From Azolla caroliniana (taxonomy: Eukaryota > Plantae > Polypodiophyta), in NCBI GenBank assembly GCA_043228905.1, contig JBHGNT010000006.1, positions 3,720,001 through 3,784,000 of the forward strand: a stretch of DNA of 64,000 nt, in the 5' to 3' direction. The translations under genes were made by a program, and so were the position numbers. Below the pieces are notes generated by a model. That model did not search any database. It was not told where the DNA came from and was given only the letters and a program-made list of their open reading frames with translations. This document shows positions 41,097 through 50,415 of the stretch, one piece after another (position 1 is the stretch's first letter; every line of letters begins with the position of its first letter).

Positions 41097-44000
41097 TTAC
41101 ATAGCAATCAATTCATCAACGTCATTTTCTTCATCATCTTGTGTAGAACTGTCTTCGGCTATACATGCATTGGTTTCCCCTGTTAGCCGAGCCAACAAAA
41201 TATCTTCTATAAGCTCATCATCAAGCTCTATTAGCTCCCCCGGTTCGCCGGCTAATGGAGGAATAGGCTCTCACAAAGCAGGTTGAAACCTTTCTGTATT
41301 GGCGAGGTTCTTTGCACCGACCTCCTCATCCTGGTCTGGGCACTCCCACAAAGCCTTAATCCGCATATTAATAAATATAACTTGGTCCTTGTCCTTCTCC
41401 AATGCAACTGTATTTCTAAACAGCTTCAATGCACATGCTGACATAGTTCCTGTGATGTAAGTAACAAGAAGATTTAGTTGTCAAACGAAAAAAAAGTGAT
41501 CGGTTATCTCAAGATCGTTACCCTAGTTCGAGGAATACCTGTGCCAGAAAAGAGATCTAATATCCAGTCTCCTTCGACAGAAAACATCTCGATCAAGCGC
41601 ATCATAAGTCGTTGAGGTTTTTGGTATGGGTTGACAAGTCCCCGTTCTGTCGTGGTGACATGTCGCAATTTCCGAGTCACTGCTGGATATACCAACAGAT
41701 TTGAACCTCCCACTTCATTAGAATGCTCTTTGATTCTCTGTTTCTTAATTTCATCGAAGTAGCCAACCATTATGTATTCAATGGCATTAACGAACCGAAA
41801 AGTTGGCCCTCTATTTACATTGGTCTTGATCCTATAAAAAATAATACATCGAGTTAAGAATAGATTCAACAACCTTAAGAAATGCAATATAGTGAAAGAC
41901 ACCTATAAATAATCCTTACCATGCAAGGTTCTCGATGCCATGGCAACGAGATCTCAAAGCTTGAGCTACCGAGTACCCTTGGTCCATACTATGAAAGACA
42001 ACTATTCGCCACAAGGATGCGGTCGTTAGCTCAGCGAAATCCTTGACCATCTTCTCCAATTGTTTAAACCTAAACGGTTCATCGTCGTATGATGACCCAG
42101 CCATTTGAAATCCGTAAGGAATATCCGCAATCATTAGCGTATATTCCTTCTTTGGCACCTTTTGGATCAAGTCGATGACATCACCGCAAACCACATTGTA
42201 GTAAAGATCTCTTGTAATATCTTTTTTGTGGCTAAATTTTTTAAAGGAGCCATCTTCCTCCATTTTGTACGCCTTGACTAAGCGACGATCCTTTTCTTTT
42301 CTGGCTCGTTCGAGATGTGCAAGGAAGGATGTAGGGAAATCGTGTATATCCTTAACTTCTCCTTGTTTCTTGCCTTGACACGGTTTCTAATAGAAGCAAT
42401 AGGACATCAGGTATTATTATACAAGCTCTACATATGATGAAAGGGTAATGAAAAAACATGAATACTAACCCAATCCTTGAATGCAATAAAATACTATGAT
42501 AACGCCTTATACGAAGACGTTAGAGGATAATCCTCGGTCACTTGTTCCCAAGTTATACATCCAAGTTGTTTCATCATAACTTCTTGGATCTTCATGTACA
42601 CCTTATGACTGTAAAATTAGAAATCAAGATTAGAACTTTGAATTACTCTAGATAGACTACAATTTCAGTATTTGAGGGACTTATTGAACTCAGTGACCAT
42701 TTCTTCAAGGCTTAAATCTTTCGCCACAACCCTTGACAAAACCGACACAAGAAGCTGCTCGTCCTTAATACCTTGCATCGCTCTCCATAGAGACAGCTTC
42801 ATGTCATCTGCCGCTTCTTCAATTGTCAAGTCAATTTTCTTGGCGGCTTGTGACTTTAACTCTAGTTGAGGGTCAACCCTACATTTCTTTTGTCGTTGAC
42901 CCTTTACCTCCTTATTCTCCCACATTGAGAAGATTTGATCTTGTAGGTCCCATACTTCTCCATCTCTAAACGCCAATTGAAACCAAGACTCATACTTTCG
43001 AAGACCATCGGACCTAACATTATCATCTACCACAATGCCGACTTCATGCAGACATTGACGTCGAAGGCCTGGATGTAACTTCACACCAAACTTTTGTTTC
43101 ACATCTAAATACTCGTGGTGGAAGAACCGTATACGCTCAATGGATGACATTTTCTGCCTATAGTCATTATCATTATTATGGTCCCATGCCAACAGCTTAG
43201 CCTCTTCGGTTGTGAGCCCAACATAAATTTTGCACTCGGCATACTTGAAGAAGAAAGTGGTTGGATGTTCTCTCACAAGTTGCCGACGTGCCTCTACTGA
43301 ATGCGATCCACCAATGACAAAATAATTATATTGATCATGTTTTCTAATATCAAAATCTTCAATGGTTTCACATTCTTCGGGATCTACCATAACAATAAAA
43401 GGCACCACAGTGGCATGAGGATTAATTTTCATTTTTTTCTTGAGATTTTGAACATGCATGCGGTGAGGCTCTCTAATCTCAAGTGGTCTTCGACCTGTTT
43501 TTTCATCAATAGGGGGCCGATGGATGTGTGTTATAGGCAAATTAAATACTTGCCCTTTCCTGACCAGCTTCCGTTGCATTAACTCTCTCCTTATTTTATT
43601 CTGCTCAGATGACAAAACACCCGAGGCCAGCTCAGCTCCTGGCGTCCCCTTATTATCCTCCTCTTCGCTTTCACTTGTTGAATCCGTATCCGACATTTTC
43701 GTTGTCTTCTTCTTTGCTGGTCTTGACTGGACTTTGGAAACCTTTTTTGTTGGCTTCAATGGGGAGGGCACTTCATCTCTTAGAGTTACATGGCCTTGTA
43801 TATAAGGCCTCAAGGTAACAATAAGGTTTTGTGAGCTATCAAGTGCTTTTTTGAACACTTCTGGCCCACAAGATTCCTTTACTAAAAGGTCTTCTGAAAG
43901 GAACACTTTACGTACCCCCTTGGAGCACTCTATCATTACCAGTATGTTGGCCAAATCTACATCTTCGTAGTCAAATCGTAGAATACGGCCATACATAAAT

Positions 44001-45075
44001 GGGGTTTCCTTTCCAAGTTGCCCCTCACCCTTCTTCTTTGTTGTATACAATACGACTTTTTTCTTTGAGTCGACATATTGCATACACCATTCCTTGTCCG
44101 TTAGATCTCGGTCAGGAAGGTCTTCACCTCCAGTAGCGGCGACAAGTTTCTTTTGGCTAACATCACTATGTGGCTGAGATTTTGTCTCTTCGTTAAAGAG
44201 AAGCTTTTTTCCTCTCTTCATGGTCTCAGGAGCTACCTTGGTCTGGGCTTCGATTGGAGAACCTTGTATGCGAAGCTTTATTTTCTTCACCGGTCGGTCC
44301 GACAGGTTTTCAAACGACCTATTTAAGAAAGTATATGCAAAAACATAAGTTAGGTAGTCACGTAGATTAAGGTTGTATATTAACATGAAGAACAGTTCCC
44401 AGGAGCAGTCCTATATTCAAAAATCTATTATAGGCAGGGCTATTCAACCTAGAAAATATATATCGTAATAAGTAAAAAGGGTTATATATTCTTTTAAATA
44501 GTAGGTATGACTTATATAGATTCCAAACCTATATTGACGAGAATTTGCTATCGTAAAGGCAATTTGTGGATCATTTTCTACTATTTTAAGCTAAAGTAGG
44601 TCATAAAACACCTATAATTAGAGCATGTTTTTTTTTAAAAGTAAGGAAAGCCAACATAAAAAGACTGATTTTGCCAGACAATTTGATATCTTTTCCATCC
44701 CAAAATTATTTGTTACCCCAAAAATACAAATTTTCTCTCTCAAAGCCTTCTTATATACAGGAACTCGATACGGCGTATCGAGTTCCTGTTTAAAACCTAC
44801 ACTTTAAACAGGAACTCGATACGGCGTATCGAGTTCCTGTTTAAAATTCAAACTTTAAACACAAACTCGATACGCCGTATCGAGTTCCTGTATAAAAAGC
44901 AAAATTAAATTATGAACTCGATACGCCGTATCGAGTTCATGTATAAATATTTGTATTGTATACATGAACTCGATACGACGTATCGAGTTCTTGAGAAACG
45001 AAACATATTTACAAAAATGTCCACAGTGTCAGAGGCCTACCTGGAGTCCTCGCGCTCGATTCTCTTTGAAGACAT
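41097..45075 (-). CDS. Six-exon ParB-like domain plus beta-class N6-adenine/N4-cytosine DNA methyltransferase fusion, about 974 aa; this copy has two in-frame stops
   Basis: Exons: 45075-45041, 44318-42681, 42608-42470, 42386-41920, 41831-41539, 41449-41097. All introns are GT-AG, phases are compatible, and the total is 2925 nt. The exon 2 donor (GTCCCT) is weak. ParB-like segment: PFIVMV...YFVIGGSHSVEARRQL...EEAKLLAWDHNNDNDYRQKMSSIE. MTase motifs: GDVIDLI...IADIPYG (motif IV), WIKTN, PYQKPQRLMMRLI, WILDLFSGTGTM (motif I), VALEKD. Stops at 42494-42496 (TAG) and 41271-41273 (TGA). Confidence 0.85.
44757..44990. repeat. Array of five palindromes AACTCGATACG-N-CGTATCGAGTT at 51-52 bp periodicity, inside intron 1 of the methyltransferase gene
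   Basis: Centres at 44773, 44824, 44875, 44926 and 44978. Arms extend up to 21 bp. Confidence 0.95.
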
Positions 45076-45218
45076 GGTTGATCGTGTGGAAGTGGAGGCG
45101 GAGATCGCGCTTTCGTGCTTTGTGCTCTGTGTGCTTTGTGTGCTCTATGTGCTCTCTACGTTCTGTGTGCTCTGTACGCTCTGTACGCTCTGGTGAGTGA
45201 AATATGACGAGGTCTTCC

Positions 45219-45226
45219 TATTTATA
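45219..45226 (-). promoter_or_regulatory. TATA box for the ParB-methyltransferase gene
   Basis: The minus strand reads ccTATAAATAgg, about 145 bp upstream of the predicted ATG at 45075. The intervening leader is made of about 10-bp cagagcac(a/g)-type repeats. Confidence 0.6.
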
Positions 45227-45449
45227 GGGATTGAAAACATTGGTTAAAGTAACCATAGTCACCTTAACCAAGGTTGGTAACTTTGAGGATAGTTAGTTGG
45301 TAACCATAGTCACATTAACTAGAGAAACTTATGATTGTATTAATGATTACAAAGTCAAACTACCATATTGATCAATCTTTTATAGTCATAACAACCTACA
45401 ATGACTTCAAAGGTTATGAATGAGACAATGATAGAGGTTCATGAATGTA

Positions 45450-45625
45450 CCAATGATTGATTACTAAAAGCAACAATTTTTATGACTCTCAAATGTTGTG
45501 TATTAAAGATGTGGGCATAAATTAACCAATGATTGATAAGTCTAATATTTAAAATGGTGAGCATTAAAGAACCAATGAGTGAGACGTTCTATATCAAAAT
45601 GGGTGCCATTAATTAGCCAATGATT
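45450..45625 (+). promoter_or_regulatory. Cluster of CCAAT boxes within ~45-bp repeats in the divergent intergenic region
   Basis: CCAATGA at 45450, 45526, 45572 and 45617. The last three lie in three diverged ~45-bp units. Confidence 0.45.
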
Positions 45626-45927
45626 TTAACATTAATCCAACATATTCATGGCTTGTTAATGATTAGTTTTATATTTTACTTGATTTAACTTTATATAGAT
45701 CTAGTTTATATAATAATTGATATTTTAAGTACAATTACTTTATTAAAAATAATTTTTTGATGTATTGTATTAATAGAATATTACATAATATAGACATTCT
45801 ATTGATTTGGCTTTTGTTTAGAGAGAAGTTTATGTTTAGAGAGGAGTATATGTTTAGAGAGGAGCTTATTAGTTTTTTTCCTTACCCTAAGCCCATAACT
45901 TAGAGAGCCCTATCTAGACCTTAAGCC

Positions 45928-48708
45928 ATGAGTGAAGATTCACCGTTCTCGATTGAAGAATATTGTTTGTCATCAGACCCATCGTTTTCTACTGAAGAGT
46001 ATTGTTTGTCATCAGAGTCACCATATTCGATTGAAGAATATTGTCTGTCGACCGACTCACCATATTCTATCGAAGAATATTGTCTGAGCTCATCTACAGG
46101 GAATGTAAATAATGACACATGTGAAGAGTTCTCTATTGAAGAATACGATATTAATAAAGATATCGAGAATGAAGGAAGTGCCCAGGAAACATTGAATAAC
46201 ATTGGCGATGGTCACAGCAAAGAATTAGACTGTAACAAGGTTACACCAACCTCTATGCAGGAAGAGAAATCTGGGAGCCCTATGCATATTAGAAGAATCC
46301 CACGAAGAATTAGTCTAGCTAGATTTAGCTTGGTGACATCAGATAAACAGATTGGATTTGATGTCAACAAAATATGGTGTGCCCGTGGTTGTATGTCTAT
46401 GATTGGAAAATCAAAGTTGCGAGAATTAAGGCGATACTATTTTTCGATGACCGGTGATGAGCAAGACACTTACCTCGGGTCACATATGCAACTAGTATCT
46501 GACAAATGTACGGGGATCAAAGTATCATTCGAGTATTATATCTTCCATGCGCAACAGATATGTAGAGTTGCATTCAAAATTGCGTTATGTGTTAGTAACA
46601 TGCGGCTACATAGAGTACAACAACGTCTACTTAGCGGGGATCAGATGCTCAATTGTAAAGAGGTTCCAAGTATGAAAGGTGCAATTGGAAGACTAGCTAT
46701 TGGCTGGATGAAAACTTACTTTCAGTTAAATTGTGAAGTAATGCCCACTACAGGTAGGATGCATCTTTCTGATAATTATACACGTCGGGAAGTTTATGAT
46801 GTCTATCGATCTGATATGCTGGGCTCACGTAATAAGTCGATCACATATAGCCAATTCACAAGATTATGGAGAGATCGGTTTTCAAATGTTATTATTCCTC
46901 GTAAAGTACGTATGGGGTATTGCTCCATTTGTGCAAATCTTAAAAGTTTGGCTAAAGGTGCAAAGTCATCAATGGAAAAGGATACGAGTAAGAAGTTACT
47001 ACAAGAGCATCGTGAGGCACAATCCTTAGAACGAAGGAAGGCGATGCATCATAGAGAGAAGTGTTTGAAGAGGCCCGAACAATACATGTGCTTAATGATA
47101 GATGGCATGGACCAGAAGAAGACATGCTTGCCGCATATGCGGAGGCTCCCCAAAGATGTCAATGATGAGTGCCTTGTTCAAATGCACTTGGTGGGATGCT
47201 TGGCTTATAATAGGTCTGTTCGACCTCACGTCTTCATTACTTACCCCAATGTTCACAATGACCCTAACCTAACAGTTACAGTGATTCACCGACTTTTGAT
47301 GTCTTGGGGACAACCTTTCCCCCCTGTTCTATACATTCAATTGGACAATACTGCTAGAGAGAACAAAAATTCAACTGTATTTGGCTATCTAAGTATGTTG
47401 GTCAACCTAGAATTGTTTAGGAAAGTGAAAGTCAATTTCCTTTTGGTTGGCCACACACATGACCATATAGATCAGATGTTTAGCACATTCTCCAGACAGT
47501 TGTCTCGACATGATGCTTTCACTTTACCTAAACTATTTGATGTCATTTGTGATGCTTATACACCACGCCCAAAAGTGTTACACTTGAAGGAGGTATATGA
47601 CTTTAAGAGATATATATTAGATGGGGGTGGTGGGAATGTTAAAGTGCTTGCTCAGTTAAACAATATAAGTTTCAATCACATTTTTTTGATAAAGAAAAAT
47701 GGAATAAGTGGTTCTACACTCTTGTATGCTAAACAATATTCATCTTCTACAACATGGGAACCTGAAGGTGGTTGCCAGTTATTACTTTGTATGCCGAGTA
47801 CAATTGTCCATGGAGCTAAGCAAATGCCAATTGAGAAGAAAGGACAGTTGCAGAGCGACTTGGTATTAGAACAAAAACGGTCATGGCTCCAAGCTTTAGA
47901 AGAAAAAAGAAAGCATATTGAGGCCGCCAAGAAATATGCTGCACAACAAGACACGTCATGGTGGGATGTATTTTATAGTGATCAGAAAGAAATTATAGAC
48001 AATTGTGTATCTGTTGATAATTGGAATTTGGAAACGCCATTCACATGGTCGTTGCAACATGATCGCGTAAATAGAAGTCCAGAGCAACTAGTAAATGCGA
48101 TTAATGACAGCTTGGTCCATCCACAACAAAGAGACATTTATGTGGGACCAAGGATGACCAAAGCAGCCGAAGCTAGATGGCAAGGAAATTTGCAAGAGCT
48201 CACCGCGGGGATGTTGATTGCAACGTCGGCTGATGAGAACTCACATGGCCACCAATTTTGGGTTGGTAAAATTCTAGAAGTGCTAATGCATGAAATAGAA
48301 AACACGATCAAGTCTATAAATGTTCATTGGTACAACACTAGAAGTGCAAATGCTTTTACAGGTAAGTATACATTGGAGATGATTGAATGCCAAACAAGAA
48401 GGGGAGGTAGGAAGAGGAAGCGAAACATTCGTAACACCTCGACCCTTGATATCTCTGATGTGGATATCATCGTGTACGACTTCACACTTACAAAAGCCGG
48501 ACGATTAAGGAAGTCAACAATAGATATAATAAAAGAAAAATTACCAGGTCTACAAGGTGGCTCGAGTCAAAGGCAAACGAGATCTGCTACATATAATCTA
48601 GAGTCAAACCATTTGGTTTATGACGAAGATAATGCACTGATTGGTACATCCGAGGATGATGAGGAGGAATCGTCATTGTATATTAGTTATAGTAGTGATT
48701 CTCCGTAA
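45928..48708 (+). CDS. DDD transposase, Sola1-like, intact intronless 926-aa ORF
   Basis: WCARGC...ICRVAF, CSIC...H, then MIDGMDQ (47101), QLDNTARENKN (47344) and FLLVGHTHDHIDQMFS (47449). It lies inside TIRs with a 4-bp TSD, the TSD length known for Sola. The superfamily call is from motif recall. Confidence 0.8.
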   Translation: MSEDSPFSIEEYCLSSDPSFSTEEYCLSSESPYSIEEYCLSTDSPYSIEEYCLSSSTGNVNNDTCEEFSIEEYDINKDIENEGSAQETLNNIGDGHSKELDCNKVTPTSMQEEKSGSPMHIRRIPRRISLARFSLVTSDKQIGFDVNKIWCARGCMSMIGKSKLRELRRYYFSMTGDEQDTYLGSHMQLVSDKCTGIKVSFEYYIFHAQQICRVAFKIALCVSNMRLHRVQQRLLSGDQMLNCKEVPSMKGAIGRLAIGWMKTYFQLNCEVMPTTGRMHLSDNYTRREVYDVYRSDMLGSRNKSITYSQFTRLWRDRFSNVIIPRKVRMGYCSICANLKSLAKGAKSSMEKDTSKKLLQEHREAQSLERRKAMHHREKCLKRPEQYMCLMIDGMDQKKTCLPHMRRLPKDVNDECLVQMHLVGCLAYNRSVRPHVFITYPNVHNDPNLTVTVIHRLLMSWGQPFPPVLYIQLDNTARENKNSTVFGYLSMLVNLELFRKVKVNFLLVGHTHDHIDQMFSTFSRQLSRHDAFTLPKLFDVICDAYTPRPKVLHLKEVYDFKRYILDGGGGNVKVLAQLNNISFNHIFLIKKNGISGSTLLYAKQYSSSTTWEPEGGCQLLLCMPSTIVHGAKQMPIEKKGQLQSDLVLEQKRSWLQALEEKRKHIEAAKKYAAQQDTSWWDVFYSDQKEIIDNCVSVDNWNLETPFTWSLQHDRVNRSPEQLVNAINDSLVHPQQRDIYVGPRMTKAAEARWQGNLQELTAGMLIATSADENSHGHQFWVGKILEVLMHEIENTIKSINVHWYNTRSANAFTGKYTLEMIECQTRRGGRKRKRNIRNTSTLDISDVDIIVYDFTLTKAGRLRKSTIDIIKEKLPGLQGGSSQRQTRSATYNLESNHLVYDEDNALIGTSEDDEEESSLYISYSSDSP

Positions 48709-49037
48709 AGGAGTGATCATGAATGTATATTTGGCTATTAAGTGTAACTACATTCCGCTTGTAACAAATCGAGTAATATAAAATCATGTGTTTTGAATTC
48801 TTATGATTTCTAAAAAATCGTTTCTTATAAAATAACATTGGTTGTAAAGTTTGTGATATAAATTGAGAATGTATCTTTTTGAAATTCGTCTTTTTTTAGT
48901 TACTTCTAAATCACGAAAATAGTGGATTTTTAACCTTTTTCATAGTATGTTTGAACATGTATGATACTGGTATCAATGTGTTTTGTAAAATCATTGAAAA
49001 ACCCCTAAAATTTCCCTTATCCTTCCATTTATGCGTG

Positions 49038-49066
49038 ATCCTTCCACTTGTGAACGCGAACGTGTT
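49038..49066 (-). repeat. Right terminal inverted repeat
   Basis: atccttccacttgtgaacgcgaacgtgtt followed by TSD acaa. Confidence 0.95.
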
Positions 49067-50415
49067 ACAATTGATTATCTAATAGGACGCCCTGAAGCTA
49101 CCCACATGATTAACTCCTTCCGAGTGGCCCCATGTCCTATTGGCGTGGACCATAGTTTCTTATACTTTGAGCTAAAATGTGATATCTCTAACGTCACCAA
49201 CTCTAGTCAACCACGCCATGACATCACAATACATTTCACACATGAGCTCTCTGACATATATGCTTGACATGTTCAAGCCCATCTCTCCTCCCTTGATCCC
49301 TCCCTACCTTTAGAGAGCCTTAGTACGAAACTCACACACATCCTTCACTCTGTAGCAGATAGCAGTTTCCCATACACGAAACACTCCAATCAAGGTAAAG
49401 TAGGATCTATGCCACAAAATAGATGGTATGATGAGGATTGTAGGTGCTTACATAGACAACTTACAATATCACAACTCAGTGGTAGTATTACCTCAGTACA
49501 AGCTCGTAAAGAAATGCGCAAGATGACATGTCGTAAGAGACGAGCATGGGAGGCATCCCAATATTGGGAACTCTACCATATGCTCATGAGTAGCGATTGT
49601 GCCATTGCATGGAAGAGATTACGGGAACAAGACAACAAACACCCATCGAAGATCCCGAAACTTGGCACACTTATACAGAGAGACTTTACCAAATCCCAAA
49701 CCAACCACCCATTCCAATGCCTTCTACACCCCGACCTACTATGGGGACACTCTTCACGACCTCTAGGGTCATGAAGGTCATAAAGAAATTACAACATAGG
49801 AAGTACATGGACCACACAGGATTGTGAGCAAAACACATCATATATGCGAGAGAGTGCCTAGCTCCCTTGCTAACTCTAATCTTCAATCGCGCCCTCGCAG
49901 AGGGTTTTCCACCACAATGGACCATGAACACAATGGCCCCCATACATAAAGGGGGGAACCCCATGGACCCAAATCATTAGAGATCTAGGTACTAAAGTAA
50001 GCTTAAGATAAGGATAAACTAATGATAGATAGAAAGGAGAAAGAGAAAGAAGGGTGCCGATCCACCCGACCACCCCCGAGCGAAGGGATCGAGACGGACT
50101 CAAGCCTCGATCGGAGTCCCATACCACCGTCGTGGCGTCAAGTCGTACTTGGTGCTGGCGCGCTCGCTACAAGAGTTGACCCACCACAAGAGCAGAGTCT
50201 TGATGTAGTCAAAAGATGATCAAATGAGGGTAGCTAGGCCTCTTATTTATAGCGATACCCAAGGCCCCCAGGCAAGTTCACACTTGACCTAATGGGTTGT
50301 CTCAATCCCGAGGATTAAAAGTAATCCTCCCCTTCTTTACACTCTCGTTTAACCCTCACACTTATCCGCGTGTATAGAATACTACGGTAAATTCTCACCA
50401 CGGGATATTAAATGG

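Larger units (their letters stand above)
40049..49066 (+). mobile_element. 9,018-bp cut-and-paste DNA transposon (Sola1-like) carrying a ParB-methyltransferase cargo gene
   Basis: Perfect 29-bp TIRs (aacacgttcgcgttcacaagtggaaggat) at 40049-40077 and 49038-49066. 4-bp TSD ACAA at 40045-40048 and 49067-49070. Removing the element restores the host LINE frame gaa agc aca att gat tat (ESTIDY). Confidence 0.95.

Noticed and set aside
42665-44386. Stand-alone 573-aa ORF starting MLIYNLNL
   Set aside because: The first ~22 codons are intron sequence upstream of the acceptor at 44319. The phase-matched exon at 45075-45041 gives a better start.
44757-44990. CRISPR array
   Set aside because: The spacers are AT-rich, related to each other and self-complementary. 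There are no cas genes, and the array lies in a spliceosomal intron.
41097-45075. Bacterial or phage contamination explaining the ParB-MTase
   Set aside because: The gene has five GT-AG introns and a TATA box, and it lies inside a TSD-flanked insertion in a plant LINE.
44912-45200. Short plus-strand ORFs over the palindromes and leader repeats
   Set aside because: They are low-complexity translations antisense to exon 1 of the methyltransferase gene.
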